Shown piece by piece: positions 27,689 through 45,797 of a stretch of 64,000 nt of DNA. A model generated the notes under the pieces. The model was not told where the DNA came from, ran no database searches, and was given only the letters and a program-made list of their open reading frames with translations. Origin of the DNA: Macrostomum hystrix (Eukaryota; Animalia; Platyhelminthes); assembly GCA_950097015.1 (NCBI GenBank), contig CATNEN010000011.1, positions 5,208,001-5,272,000 of the forward strand, read 5' to 3'. Both the position numbers and the translations under genes were made by a program. Positions within the stretch are counted from its first letter, which is position 1; each line of letters starts with the position of its first letter.

Positions 27689-30589
27689 GATAATTAACTG
27701 GTAAGGCCTAGGCACCTAGGCCAGTGAACTATTAGAATATTCAAATTGAACATGTAGTCTAGGACTACATAAAAACTTACTTATAGGCCTACTTACTTAT
27801 AAAGTATATACTTAATACTTATTATACTGTCAATACTTATAAAAAATACATATTAAATTTATTTTTGGGTAAACACTATATATGTATCAAAATCACCAGC
27901 AGTTATAATTTTTTTATGAGCCTGAAGCCCTGAACCTTGCACATAAAATGACGTGTGCATCACGTGATGTTTAATGTGAATGTGAACAACGTGCTCGCCT
28001 GTAATTTTAGTCGTTTGATTTTGCACTGTTTCTGTAGTTAAAACAAAGTTCATAAGTTGGTATAGTAAAACTAAAAAACTAAAATATTTTACGAACTTTT
28101 AGACAACCATATTTTAGTTGGTATAATAATTTCTTTTCTGATCTCTAAACAGTACATTTAACTTTCTTTTTAGTTTTCGTTTTGCTGAATATAAATTTAC
28201 AAATGTCGTATGAGCTACTTAGAATGTGGAGTTGTAAAATGTCGTCTAATCTTAGCTTGCTCTTAGAGTCACTTGTCACTAATCTAGTGACTAGTAGATT
28301 AGCGTAGCAGCTCTAGGTCGCAGCAGCATAGCGTAGTAGACAGCGTAGCGTAGTAGGCAGCGTTGCCTAGCGTAGCAGCGTACCGTAGGTCCTGCTGCTT
28401 GTCCTAACACAAAAAGTAGTAACATTTTTCACAAAATGTCTGCTTTCAATTTTTCCCAAAAATGTTAGGGACGTTATAGCAATTTGAAGCGAATTTTATG
28501 ATTTTTTGTTTGTTTGTATGTTTTTGAATGTTTTAAAGAAGTTACATATGATAACGTAAATTCGAATCCTTTTACAATTTTTACCCTTTTAACAATTCTT
28601 CTTTCAAATAATTTTCAGTGCTTTCTTAACGTCCTTTCCTATTTTTTAGCAAGAAGGTGTGAAATTCAATGTGCTTAGCAAATACCGGCTCATGATAAAA
28701 ATCTTGAGATGTAATTCTGGATGGCTCAAGAAATATGTCTCGCTTTACATACCTCAACACCTAAGCTACTGAAAATGTACAGTCGACAATAAATTGCCTT
28801 AAACTGACAAAGCCTCGATCTGTAAACATTGCCAATCAGCAAAAAATGTTTCTTTTCGCATGCGAACCTCCTTTTTATGCCATTTTTTATTCAACTAGTA
28901 TCTTTTTATAGCAAATGATTCCACGTTGAAAAAAAATTAACGCTTCGAAATATACAAACACAACGTCATCATGTTTGATTATCTGACTTAACTTGTCAAT
29001 TTCTTTACATATCTATATATTTACAGTCATGTAATGCATTAACATGCAATTCAAATTGTATAACAGTTGCTATACGTACAATAAAATAGTATTACAATGC
29101 TAATTATGCTACAATTGTAAAGCTATTAATTTATTTCAGATAAATAAAATCTGTGCAACATAAAAATGTAATTTCGGTAAATAAAAAAGTAAGTAATTAA
29201 CAAATTTATACTTTATATTAAAATTAATAAAGCATTTGCCTTGTAGGCTCATTGTCGCATTTATTACTGTCGAATGATTGATTATTGCCAAAGATGAGAT
29301 ATTTACATTATGTATGTTATCTAGACTGAGGGATTTGGATATATGTGAGGATCTTCCGAATGAGGATAAACAGTAAAAGAGGAAATCGATTAATCCTACT
29401 TTGCTAAAATAAAATGTGCCGTAGCTGGTTGACTGAACATTTCATTAGGATTCTGGGCGCATCCTTGACTGAAAAGCAAGCTAGAATTTGCTTAATTATT
29501 TCGCCTTTTGCAAACACGCGGTCAATGCGCGAATGAGTCCGATTTCGCTTTTAATTTTGATGCGGCCTGCCCATCCTCTTATAATCTGCTGGCTGGAGGC
29601 AATGGGAGATCCTGCTGTGTTTCCCGGCAGAGAGGAACGTCTTCTGTTTGTGTGTACCCCCTGATAAGCACACAAACACGCGGACGTCAAACACAGGCGC
29701 GCATGATATGCAGATCAGGGACTGTAGTAGAAGTGAGTCGGAGCTGGCTGCATAGCTCAGTATGCAGTTTCTACATACAGTACGCAGTATAATAGGTCGA
29801 CTTTGAGACCCGAATACGGGTCGAGTCAAGAATTATTATGCCCAAGTATACCTGCCGTTCATACTGCATTATATTGCTGCCATTGGTATACTGAATAGTT
29901 AACTTCTAGTAAGGGGAAGCAGATTTCGTATGGGAACTAAAATGGTCCAAGGGGTGTTGTGCCGATGTTTGCTAAGTTCTACTGCCTAGTATACATCCAT
30001 ACATTGGCAAGCAGACCACTGCCTGCGGATCTTAAAAAAATTCGCTTCAAATTTCTCTCCGCAGACTTGTCGGCCGTGCAGCTTGATTTTTGGTGTAAAA
30101 GCTGCAAGTACTCAAATTACCTCTTTCCTATATCGAACTGCCAGGCACTCTTTGACAGCTTGAATGAGGGCTGTTTGGTTTTAGGATTTGTCTGTTTAAA
30201 ATGAGAAGATTGTTCCTCTCTAGCTGCTGTGTTGGTTCCTATCCATAATGCTTTCAACGCTTTAGAAGTAAAAAATAAAGAAAAAAAATTCAGCTCAAAG
30301 TGAGTGATAAAAATTCGGTAGCTTGAGTGCTCATTCTTCAGTCAAATTGTTATCCCCGAGTTGCGTAGGTCTACTGGGAAATCAAACTGCTACGTTTTCC
30401 GATGAGGCGTTTCTCAGCCCCTTGGGAACCAAAAATTTATGATCGATTCTTACGTTTTCGTGAGCAATTTGACATTTTGTCGATCAGTAATTAGATTTTC
30501 TTGCCCTTTTAGCAGTGCATTGAAATGTTGCTTTTTTTTACTTTCGCTGATGAAGCCTCGATACTGGCCTAAATTCAATTATTACTTGT

Positions 30590-30700
30590 TGAAGGTCCAG
30601 CAGCTACGTCTAGATACAGGTGCGAGGCCACCGAAGTCGGAGATGATGCAGTCACATTCGGGTGACATGCTGATAATGTTTGAAGGGAAATACCCCCCTT
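30590..30700. mobile_element. Dispersed repeat family A, short diverged fragment
   Basis: Similar to 13490-13590 and 52130-52225. Confidence 0.6.
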
Positions 30701-31114
30701 GGTAGTTCTAGTGTTAATATCAAGAATCAATTTAAATGTAAGATTTCTGTGAAAGGGTTTTCTCCTAACTGACAGTATACGGTGTTGAAATAGCATTATT
30801 AGAGCATGAAATATATACTCAATAATTAATTAGATCTATGTACAGACAGCTTAAAGCATTTGTGTGATGTCATCGGCATTATCCAATAGGAAAATAATGA
30901 TTGACAGGTTTAACTGAAACACTGAAGCTCATAGGGCACATTTTATCCATAAAAATATTATACTTTCCTGACCTGCATATAGAGGTAAAATTGCAAATTA
31001 CTAAATGTTCTGAAAGGATTAATTTTAGCAGTTTTCATCCAGTTTTTATGCCACTAAAATCAATTAATTATATAAAGTAGACAACATACAAATATCTAGA
31101 ATTTTATGTAAGCC

Positions 31115-31205
31115 AGTTGGGCCAAAGTTTACAGCTGTCACAGCCGCAGCTTTTGCTCTGCGCATAAATTTGTACAGTCCGTGGACTGGGGAGGCCCACG
31201 CTTGG
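31115..31205 (-). mobile_element. Degenerate SINE 3' fragment
   Basis: gggccaaag...cagctgtcacagccgcagc...cagtccgtggactgggg resembles the SINE 3' part. Confidence 0.5.
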
Positions 31206-31456
31206 GGACTGATGGAAAAACTACGAATAAAAATAGTTTTAAGCCTGAACGACGAGAACAACTCGTACAGGCTCAAGTTGATAGGCACAAAATATAGAAA
31301 AGCACATTATATCAGCTAATATTTTAAATGACTCAACAGTCAATGATTACATTAGGTAAGGTCGACAAAAACTTTATAGATATAGATGTGCGACCTGAAC
31401 TGTGGGTGTTATGCATAGTTTCGTACTGAACCAGCATCATGTAAGTATGTTTTTTT

Positions 31457-35430
<3,974 letters not shown>

Positions 35431-35444
35431 TCGAACTTTTTGAA

Positions 35445-35697
35445 CTCGTACCACACGACTAAACACTCGTACCACACGACTGCACACTGTACCACATCAC
35501 TGCACACTCGTACCATATGACTACACACTCGTACCACACGACTACACACTGTACCACACGACTACACACTGTACCACATGACTACACACTGTACCACATG
35601 ACTGCACACTGTACCACATGACTACACACTCGTACCACATGACTACACACTGTACCACATGACTACACACTGTACCACATGACTACACACTCGTACT
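35445..35697 (+). repeat. ~20-bp minisatellite (gtaccacatgactacacact)
   Basis: Tandem copies just upstream of the DEG/ENaC coding exon. Confidence 0.9.
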
Positions 35698-37264
35698 TAA
35701 CTGCTCTCATTGGAAAGTCTACTAGCAGTCTTATGAATCTAATTGGCGTCTCACTAGTGGCATTGTCAGTCTTCAGTTGACATTTTCTTACCTGTAACAG
35801 TCTGAAACAAGTGAAAATGTCTATCGAATTGTAATTTAAGTAATTCAGCTACCGAAAATCGTTAACGGCCAGCAAAGCATCTGTTTATGTAGGGCAACGG
35901 ACACTGGACTAAGTCACGCATAGCTAAAGAGTTGTCAGAAGGACAGCTGTCTCATCCAATTAAAGAAGGCCATGTCTGCAGTGGCTACAATTGGATGAGT
36001 AAACGGAGCTGTACTAGCTAAATCGTATTGGGATTTCAATACTCTCACCTGTATGTGTTCGCAAACTCATCACTAGGGCTGAGATTCGAACTTTTGACCT
36101 TCCAATAATGTCTTTAAGTGTTGTGTTTCTGCGAAGACTTACCAATACCTTAAGAATCTCAAGAATCTTAAGAATAGGTATAGCCATTTGGGAAAATTAT
36201 CCCCTATAGTGCCATAAAAAAAGAATTTTGTTTGCCAATTGACTGCGAGAATCGATTTTTTGGGGCCAGGGAGAAACAGAGAGAAAGAAAGATTTTTGAG
36301 TTGCCAAATGGTCTGTTGACTCAAAGCAACAGAGCAGCAGCAGCAGCAGCAGCAGTTAAGGCAAACCAATTTCGTTTTAAATGCTCAATTTTTTCAGCAT
36401 CGCAATTAACTCAGTCTAATAAGTTGATAGAGAACAATTTTAAGGGTTGAATAAGATTAGCTCGTAAACAGCTGACTCACTGAAAGAAATTGGTATGCCA
36501 GGATTTTGCATGCAATATCTTGCCTGCCGGTTCAGAATGGCGGACGGTGATAATAGGTCAGGCATGGACATTTGATGGTAATTTTTAATCTCAATCGAGA
36601 CAATTGACGTTTTTGTTGCACTGCGGCATTGCTGGGTATTTGGGTACTCAATGTCATATACTCAAGACTGGAGCCGTTTTTAGGCTTGATAAAACAGTTG
36701 AGTGTGCGGGACTGGCTTCATTATTGGTTTGAGTGGAGCCTAGCCTATCCTGAGAGTCAGTGCTGAGACTTTCACTTCATTTTTGAGAACAGTATAGAGT
36801 CTCATGTTGTTGAGTAGAAAATGAGATTCTTATGGCCCATTCATACAATCGAAAATATGCAACATTTTACATGGGAAAGATCTCCCAGTGCACATTTTTG
36901 ATCCCCATGAGAAAGTCCCTGCAGTGCTAATATGAGCACCAACACTCGTGAGCAGCCTAGAAATCTTGATCCTACTTTTCTAAATTCCTATTAGGATTGC
37001 AGATGGAATTAAATCAAAAATACCTATCAGTCGCATGCATAATTAATGATTAATCAGTTGGCATAGCACATGGGAAATGGGTGAGGAATGTGATAGCCTA
37101 CCCGTTTGAAACCGCTTTGTCTACAAAACCATAGCTTGGGCTGCAAAAAACATGCAAGATCAAATATTTACACTGTGTAACTTGGGCGTACTTTACTGAC
37201 ACAAAGCTATGTATTCTATTCTGTTCATTGCCAGTACACTTACACTTTGTAAAGTACAGCGGAG

Positions 37265-38642
37265 TGACTCGGACTGGAGAGTGACGACTTGGACTGCGGA
37301 GTGACTTGGACTGGGGAGTGACTTGGACTGCAGAGTGGCTTGGACTGGGGAGTGACTTGGACTGCAGAGTGGCTTGGACTGGGGAGTGACTTGGACTGCA
37401 GAGTGGCTTGGACTGGGGAGTGACTTGGACTGCAGAGTGGCTCGGACTGCAGAGTGACTTGAACTGGGGAGTGACCTGGACTGCAGAGTGACTTGGACTG
37501 CAGAGTGACTTGGACTGCAGAGTGATTTGGACTGCGGAGTGACTTGGACTGCAGAGTGATTTGGACTGAGGAGTGACTTGGACTGCAGAGTGACTTGGAC
37601 TGGGGAGTGACTTGGACTGCAGAGTGACTTGGACTGCAGAGTGATTTGGACTGTGGAGTGATTTGGACTGCGGAGTGACTTGGACTGCAGAGTGACTTGG
37701 ACTGGGGAGTGACTTGGACTGGGAGTGACTTGGACTGGGGTGTGACTTGGACTGAGGAGTGACTTGGACTGAGCAGTGACTTGGACTGAGGAGTGACTTG
37801 GACTGGGGAGTGACTTGGACTGAGGAGTGACTTGGACTGAGGAGTGACTTGGACTGGGGAGTGACTTGGACTGGGAGTGACTTGGACTGGGGAGTGACTT
37901 GGACTGGGAGTGACTTGGACTGCAGAGTGACCTGGACTGCAGAGTGACCTGGACTGCAGAGTGACTTGGACTGGGGAGTGACCTGGACTGCAGAGTGACT
38001 TGGACTGGAGAGTGACTTGGACTGGGAGTGACTTGGACTGCAGAGTGACTTGGACTGCAGAGTGACCTGGACTGCAGAGTGACCTGGATTGCAGAGTGAC
38101 TTGGACTGGGGAGTGACTTGGACTGGGAGTGACTTGGACTGCAGAGTGACTTGGACTGCAGAGTGACCTGGACTGCAGAGTGACTTGGACTGGGGAGTGA
38201 CTTGGACTGCAGAGTGACTTGGACTGCGGAGTGACTTGGACTGCAGAGTGACTTGGACTGCAGAGTGATTTGGACTGTGGAGTGATTTGGACTGCGGAGT
38301 GACTTGGACTGCAGAGTGACTTGGACTGGGAGTGACTTGGACTGCAGAGTGACTTGGACTGGGGAGTGACTTGGACTGCAGAGTGACTTGGACTGCAGAG
38401 TGGCTTGGACTGCAGAGTGACCTGGACTGCAGAGTGACTTGGACTGGGGAGTGACTTGGACTGGGAGTGACTTGGACTGCAGAGTGACTTGGACTGCAGA
38501 GTGACCTGGACTGCAGAGTGACTTGGACTGGGGAGTGACTTGGACTGCAGAGTGACTTGGACTGCGGAGTGACTTGGACTGCAGAGTGACCTGGACTGCA
38601 GAGTGACCTGGACTGCAGAGTGACTTGGACTGGGGAGTGACT
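37265..38642 (+). repeat. 17-bp minisatellite (gagtgacttggactgca)
   Basis: Tandem copies. Confidence 0.96.
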
Positions 38643-39274
38643 TTATAGGGTATACCGCTTCTGACTATGGCGTACTGTTTAGAGCTGTGGACATATTACA
38701 GAGAGTTCGTGAGTTTAGTCGTGAGTTCGAATGTCAGCCAAAGTGAACTCAGTTTATGTCCCGCAGCAAAATGTTTAGTCTCGCCATATTTCCAACTGGT
38801 GGTCAGTTAGTCAAATATTGACCTTACCTGTTACAAACGGCTGTGTATTGTTCTGACGAAAAGCTTCATTTAAAAGTCTTCTTTTCTGTTCTGTTCTGAA
38901 GTTCTGAAGCTCTGGCGAGCCGTATTTATACCCTTCAAAGAATCTTCAACTTTTCTTCAATCCTCAACTTTTCTCAAAGGCTCTCAATATCCTTCATGAG
39001 TTTAGGCGTCCTCTGGGCTGTATTGAAAGCTTAAAAAACTCCCTGACCCGAAAAGATTTCCTAATTTGTTCAATGCCCATGAAGTCGAGCCTTCCGAGTT
39101 CTCATCGTCAGCTCTCTCTTCTCTTCTTTTTCTGCTTCGATCATTTTAGTGATTTCCTATAATATGCCTTCTTACTCAGTCGACTTGTCCAGCTTGAAGT
39201 CATACTGATGACCATGTTATATACTTTTTTAAAATAAGGCATTTTGAAGGCAGAAGGATCAATAACTCGACGGG

Positions 39275-41142
39275 GATATGACCCATTGGATTCATGATCT
39301 ATGGGCCTCATATGACCCATTGGATTCATGATCTATCGGCCTCATATGACCCATTGGATTCATGATCTATGGGCCTCATATGACCCATTGGATTTATGAT
39401 CTATGGGCCTCATATGACCCATTGAATTCATGATCTATGGGCCTCATATGACCCATTGGATTCATGATCTGTTGGCCTCATATGACCCATTGGATTCATG
39501 ATCTATGGGCCTCATATGACCCATTGGATTCATGATCTATGGGCCACATATGACCCATTGGATTTATGATCTATGGGCCTCATATGACCCATTGGATTTA
39601 TGATCTATGGGCCACATATGACCCATTGGATTCATGATCTATGGGCCTCATATGACCCATTGGATTTATGATCTATGGGCCACATATGACCCATTGGACT
39701 CATGATCTATGGGCCTCATATGACCCATTGAATTCATGATCTATGGGCCTCATATGACCCATTGGATTCATGATCTGTTGGCCTCATATGACCCATTGGA
39801 TTCATGATCTATGGGCCTCATATGACCCATTGGATTCATGATCTATGGGCCACATATGACCCATTGGATTTATGATCTATGGGCCTCATATGACCCATTG
39901 GATTTATGATCTATGGGCCACATATGACCCATTGGATTCATGATCTATGGGCCTCATATGACCCATTGGATTTATGATCTATGGGCCACATATGACCCAT
40001 TGGATTCATGATCTATGGGCCTCATATGACCCATTGGATTCATGATCTATGGGCCTCATATGACCCATTGGATTCATGATCTATGGGCCTCATATGACCC
40101 ATCGGATTTATGATCTATGGGCCTCATATGACCCATTGGATTCATGATCTATGGGCCTCATATGACCCATTGGATTCATGATCTATGGGCCTCATATGAC
40201 CCATTGGATTCATGATCTATGGGCCTCATATGACCCATTGGATTCATGATCTATCGGCCTCATTTGACCCATTGGATTCATGATCTATGGGCCTCATATG
40301 ACCCATTGGATTTATGATCTGTAGGCCTCATATGACCCATTGGATTCATGATCTATCGGCCTCATATGACCCATTGGATTCATGATCTATCGGCCTCATA
40401 TGACCCATTGGATTCATGATCTATGGGCCTCATATGACCCATTGGATTTATGATCTGTAGGCCTCATATGACCCATTGGATTCATGATCTATGGGCCTCA
40501 TATGACCCATTGGATTTATGATCTGTAGGCCTCATATGACCCATTGGATTCATGATCTATGGTCCTCATATGACCCACTGGATTCATGATCTGTTGGCCT
40601 CATATGACCCATTGGATTCATGATCTATGGGCCTCATATGACCCATTGGATTCATGATCTATGGGCCTCATATGACCCATTGGATTCATGATCTATGGGC
40701 CTCATATGACCCATTGGATTCATGATCTATCGGCTTCATATGACCCATTGGATTCATGATCTGTAGGCCTCATATGACCCATTGGATTCATGATCTGTAG
40801 GCCTCATATGACCCATTGGATTTATGATCTGTAGGCCTCATATGACCCATTGGATTCATGATCTATGGTCCTCATATGACCCACTGGATTCATGATCTGT
40901 TGGCCTCATATGACCCATTGGATTCATGATCTATGGGCCTCATATGGCCCATTGGATTCATGATCTATGGGCCTCATATGACCCATTGGATTCATGATCT
41001 ATGGGCCTCATATGACCCATTGGATTCATGATCTATCGGCTTCATATGACCCATTGGATTCATGATCTATCGGCCTCATATGACCCATTGGATTCATGAT
41101 CTGTAGGCCTCATATGACCCATTGGATTCATGACCTATCGGC
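39275..41142 (+). repeat. 34-bp minisatellite (catatgacccattggattcatgatctatgggcct)
   Basis: Tandem copies over ~1.9 kb. Confidence 0.97.
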
Positions 41143-41369
41143 CTTTAATGACTAATTGTAGCTTGCAAACTCGCTCACGTACTCACAAAGTATATTAAAA
41201 AATCGATAATTTGAAAAATTGAGTAAGAAAAAGTAAAATGAAATGGCCATTTGCGCATATTTTGAAACCTTTTTAAACGGAAAATTGAGTTACATGGAGT
41301 TCTCAATCTTGTATTTCGTTTCTATACGCAATACTATTCAGAGCAAGCTGTTCATTAAGTCCGCTTTCA

Positions 41370-41436
41370 ACAACAACAAAAACAACAACAACAACAACAA
41401 CAACAAAAACAACAAAAACAACAACAACAACAACAA

Positions 41437-41472
<36 letters not shown>
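41370..41472 (+). repeat. (AAC)n microsatellite abutting the LINE fragment
   Basis: Direct inspection. Confidence 0.95.
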
Positions 41473-42510
41473 ACTAGAACAATTCGCAGGGAGCGAAACG
41501 CCCCCCCCCAGGCGGACGCCCTGCGCCGGGCGATCTCGTCCTGCACGCTTGGTGCTAGACCGCCAAAGTAGGTGCAGAATGCCGTGCAGCGAGGCAGCAG
41601 CGCCACTTGTCCGCTCAGATCATGACAGCGGATCTCAGCGGGTAGGTCTTCTGGGACGGTCAGCACCAGCGTCTTTTTGGTGTTCACAGACAGCCCGACC
41701 ACGGCTGCCGCGGCCGTCAGCTTGTCATGCAGGCGCTGGGCTCCTTCCGCAGAGCTTGACAGCAGCGCCAGATCGTCTGCGTACGCCAGCAGTACGGAGA
41801 GCCTCTTCTCGGGATGTCGTCTACTTTTCTGCGACAGAGCAAAAAGCCGTCGGAGTCATCAGGAATGCTGACGCACAGCACCCAGTCCAGGACCAGGACG
41901 AACAGGAAAGGCGCCAGAGTGTCCCCCTGCAGCACGCCAGAGGACGTGTCGAAGAAGTCCGACAGACCTTCTGGCGTCACAACTGCCGCCCTGATTTCCT
42001 AGTACAGGGCCCTCACAGCCATTGCCAGCTGCTCAGGCACATGGTACGCACGCAGAATTGTCGCAATGACTCGCCTCGACCCGAATCGAAGGCCTTCAGG
42101 AAGTCCACGAAAATGCAGACGACGATCGATTGGTGGATGCGAGCCTAGCTTTTCTAGGATGTGGCGCAACGCGAGAATTTGTGTCACTATGCCCCTGCCA
42201 GGCCTGAAACCGTTCTGCTCTTGCCGGAGAAACTGGTCCAGCACTGGCTGCAGCCGAGTCAGCAGCACCCTGTTGTACAACTTCGCGGCGCAGGACATCA
42301 ATGAGATTCCGCGATGCTCATCGATCTTGACGGTGCCGGGCTTCTTTGGGATCCCAACGATGTGCGCGGTCCGCCACTCGGGAGGGGCGACGCCCCCCGC
42401 AAACACGCGGTTCATCACTTGCGTAACTTCCTGTGACACTCGCGGGAGGCGCAACACCTCGACCGGCACTTCGTCAGGACCCGTGGCCTTGCCTCCCGGG
42501 TCCCGCGTCG
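41473..42510 (-). mobile_element. Decayed non-LTR retrotransposon (RTE-like) reverse-transcriptase fragment
   Basis: PPEWRTAHIVGIPKK, HRGISLMSCAAKLYNRVL, QEQNGFRPGR, GVLQGDTLAPFLF, AYADDLALL, VGLSVNTKKT, spread over frameshifted ORFs. Confidence 0.92.
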
Positions 42511-43837
42511 TCCTCTTTCAGGACAAGAATAAAGTCCAATAAAATTAAAGCATGGAATTGACATTTGCCTTTTTTCAGTTTTGCCAGCAAGATGTTTTAG
42601 AACTTATATTCCACCACTGAACTGACTTTGAACTATTATATCTTATAATTTCAAGGCTCTTTGTATACAATTTTACATGTTTTTCACTGTTGCTGCGGAG
42701 AGTGAAAAAAATTTGGCGATTTATCGTTTCAAATTTTTATACAGAATAAGATTCTACAACTGGTTCTGGACATAGATTGGGGAAAATGAAAAAGCAAAAA
42801 GAAAATAGGTGAAATCTACAACGTTCGACGAAAATAGAAAATTGCATTTTGAACAAGACTCGTTGTTTTAGTTTAACAAAAAAACTGTTATAACTAAGAA
42901 TAATTTACAATTTATTTTTACAGTAAGCGTTACATTGCATAGTATTTTAAACTTGAAAATTATTTTTGAAAAGTGTTTTATTTTACACACTTTTAAAACA
43001 ATGATTCGGTTTAAAAATTATAACGAATTTATCTATATTAACTACCTTCTTCTTCCAATTTCATGGGTGTATTAGACTGATATTCGAGTTCGGGTACTAA
43101 GAGTGACTAGACACTCAGTCAAAATATACTCAGTGTACAGTACTTATGCCACAGAACCAGTTTTTCTCAAAATGGATTAGTCCATTTCTCAGTTTTTCCT
43201 AGATGTATAGGTATCAAAGATATCAGATATGAAACAAAATTATTTATTTGGTAATCTCAATTGTCTCTGGGTGAAGTTCATCCTGTTAAATATTATTTTC
43301 AGCTCATTGATATTTGTTAAGTATAAGTACTTAAATAAGGATGCTGTAAAAATACATAGAAAAGATGAGCAAGCATCAGGATCAGTTAAATACTGTCTAG
43401 AACAACTGCCTAGAACATAGGGGCCTTGTGTCTCTTACACAAAATAGCAAACATATTTACAAATTGTATATTTTGTGGGTAAATGTTATATTTTTATTGA
43501 GTTTGGAGGTGATTTGATCATGATTTAATAATTATTATAGGTTAATTTTTTATAACAATCTGAATATCACTTATGAGATACATTCCATTTTATAAGTATA
43601 CTAGCTTTTTTTGCCCGTTGTTTCTGGGGCAGAAATTTAAAGCAAAGCAGTAAGCAATTCACGTCTCTGTATTAACTTTATAGTGAAGGTCACCATATAT
43701 TCATTTACTGCATTAATGAAAAGTGAAGAGTTTGTTTAAGGGCGTTTTAAGTAAAAAATAAGTGAAAAGATTGTCCAAACAGCCCCCTCTTGATTGCTTC
43801 TTTAGAAGCATGTCTCTTAGCCACTCCTCTATACAGT

Positions 43838-44110
43838 CAGTGGCAGATCCAGGAATTTTGTTTTGGGGCGGTCTGTCAGGGGAGCGCCATGAGAATCACA
43901 GAGTGGGTGCCAGCGGCCGAAAAAGGGCGCCAGGAGCCAAGAAAGGGCGCCAGCGGCTGAAAAACGGGAGCCAGCGGCTGAAAAAGGGGCGCCAGCGGCC
44001 GAAAAGGGGCGCCAGTGCTGCGACTGGCGCCCCTGGTGGGGGCATCTTATTCCCATGATTAAAATTTATGGGGGCGACTGCCCCCCCGCCCCCCCCTAAA
44101 TCTGCCTCTG
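43838..44110. mobile_element. hAT-type MITE nested in the Helitron
   Basis: TIRs cagtggcagatccagg / cctaaatctgcctctg; perfect 8-bp TSD tatacagt at 43830-43837 and 44111-44118; internal ~21-bp GC-rich repeats. Confidence 0.9.
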
Positions 44111-44262
44111 TATACAGTATGCATGTACACGCGTATACATAAGGAAAATAGCCATGGCATAACAATAACAATGTCAAAGAAACAAAATTAAACTGTTTCA
44201 GAGTTCAGAGTTAGACAGGTCAAGGTCAATTCGTGACTACTTTTCTATTAATTGCTTGCGAG

Positions 44263-44900
44263 TCACCTCAAGGCCTGGGGATACACCATATTCTTCGTTC
44301 TTCCCCTTGGTGCGAAAATGAATAGGCCAGCTGGAGTTCCAACACGGGAGCAGGCGACATAAAGCTGCCCATGCGAGAAGCAAGGAGTCTCCAGGTTGAT
44401 GCCAGCCACCTTCAGCGACTGTCCCTGAGCCTTGTTAATAGTCATCGCAAAGCACACTCTCACAGGGAACTGCAGTCGCTTGAACTGAAATGGCAGGTCC
44501 GTGGGGATAATTGGAATCCGGGGAACGAACACAGACTCTCCTCTGCCAGATCCAGTCATTATCGTGGCCTCAATCACGTGTGGGAAGAGCCGCCTGACTA
44601 TCAGTCTGGTGCCGTTACACAGCCTTGGCGCATTCAGGTTGCGGAGGAGCATAATTGGTGCCCCAACTTTCAGCTGCAAGTTGTGCGATGGAGTTCCAGG
44701 AGGATCTAGAGAGTTCAGAAACTCAACAGGATACTCCACAGCGGTGTCATCAGTCAACGTTGTATCAATTGACTTGTAGGTGAAAACTGCACCTGGCAAC
44801 TCCTGAAGCAGTTGGTAGTTAATTTCGTTGGCGGCATCATTTCTAGGACACAGAATTGCCCTCTCTGACAGCCAGTCAACGCCAGCCTCTCTCTTTCTTC
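44263..44900 (-). pseudogene. Helitron RepHel helicase C-terminal fragment (open frame, no Rep domain)
   Basis: PIF1-family C-terminal motifs; N-terminal helicase motifs and HUH Rep are absent. Confidence 0.88.
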
Positions 44901-45797
44901 TATCCCAGGCTGGCTGGAGAGAAATATCGACCGGAGAGCCCTGCGCACTGGGACGCCACCGCACTCACCGCACTCAGTCTCAGTGCTGCTTGGGGGCCAG
45001 TAGACAGTCTAGGGGTTTGGGCTGTGTACATTCACGGCTTGAAATACAATGTACAGTCTGGGGCTTCGGCGCCCGGGGAAGGGAGGGGGTGGCTGTATTA
45101 AAATTTGGCCCGCAGAGTGGCGGAGGGGAGTTGGGGTGGCTGTCCTCGGAAAACAAAAAGTGACTCACTTTGAGATGATGCAGCTTTGCTCTGGATTGAG
45201 TAGAGATGTTCAAAATTGACAGCATTGTTGGAAAACATGTAAAGTGTAAGTGGATCAAATTTGGAGAAAATCTGACAAAGTGGGGCGACGATATGTCGAA
45301 TTGAGTGATTTTTTGACGATTTTTGAGCAGTTTTTTGCACTTTTGAGCAGGAAGGAAATGATTTTTCGGGAATTTGAGTAGCCTATTGCACTCAGCGTAG
45401 GTGGTTTTAGGTATGTGCAAAGTTTGGTGCGATTTGGTTGAGCGGTTTCGGCGTCTATAAAGACAAAAGGTTGCACACACACACACACACACAGACAGAC
45501 AGAGTTTTCACTTTTATATATATAGATGTTGCTAAGCTGCTATGCTGAGATAACAAACCTTAACTGCTTAAGAACTGAATTGTATAGGCCTATATATGTA
45601 TATATATAAATATATATATATTATACATATACATATAAAACACTGTCTAGTTATATGTTATACTATATAGGCCCTACTACTATGTTTACCTACATTTTAA
45701 CTGGTAGGCCTAAGTCTAGCAGCAGGCAGCCCATAGTTCAGAACACTTTGTATGTGCCCCGGAAAAAAACTAACTACATTTTTTATGTACTCCAATG

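Larger units (their letters stand above)
43601..45526 (-). mobile_element. Non-autonomous Helitron with both termini, carrying a PIF1-like helicase 3' fragment
   Basis: 5' end A|TCTATATATATAAAAGTG... at 45526. 3' hairpin gccc-cagaaacaac-gggc followed by CTAG|T at 43601. Inserted in an AT target. Helicase motifs at 44263-44900 (AILCPRN, LKVGAPIMLLRNL, LCNGTRL, FAMTINKAQGQSL, FSHGQLYVACSRV). Confidence 0.92.

Noticed and set aside
30600-30700. Kinase-like peptide PSNIISMSPECDCIISDFGG on the minus strand
   Set aside because: It lies in dispersed repeat A. The other copies read SVFGG, and no other kinase motifs flank it, so the resemblance is likely chance.
36128-36140. Short ctgcgaagact stretch recalling a flatworm spliced-leader sequence
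   Set aside because: Only ~11 nt, based on recollection, with no SL RNA hairpins or Sm site in context.
36540-36980. Moderately GC-rich stretch with short open frames on the minus strand
   Set aside because: No recognisable domain and interrupted by stops; cannot be supported as a gene or element.
39275-41142. CRISPR-like appearance of 30-36-bp repeats
   Set aside because: Repeats are head-to-tail with no unique spacers and no cas genes, in a eukaryotic context.
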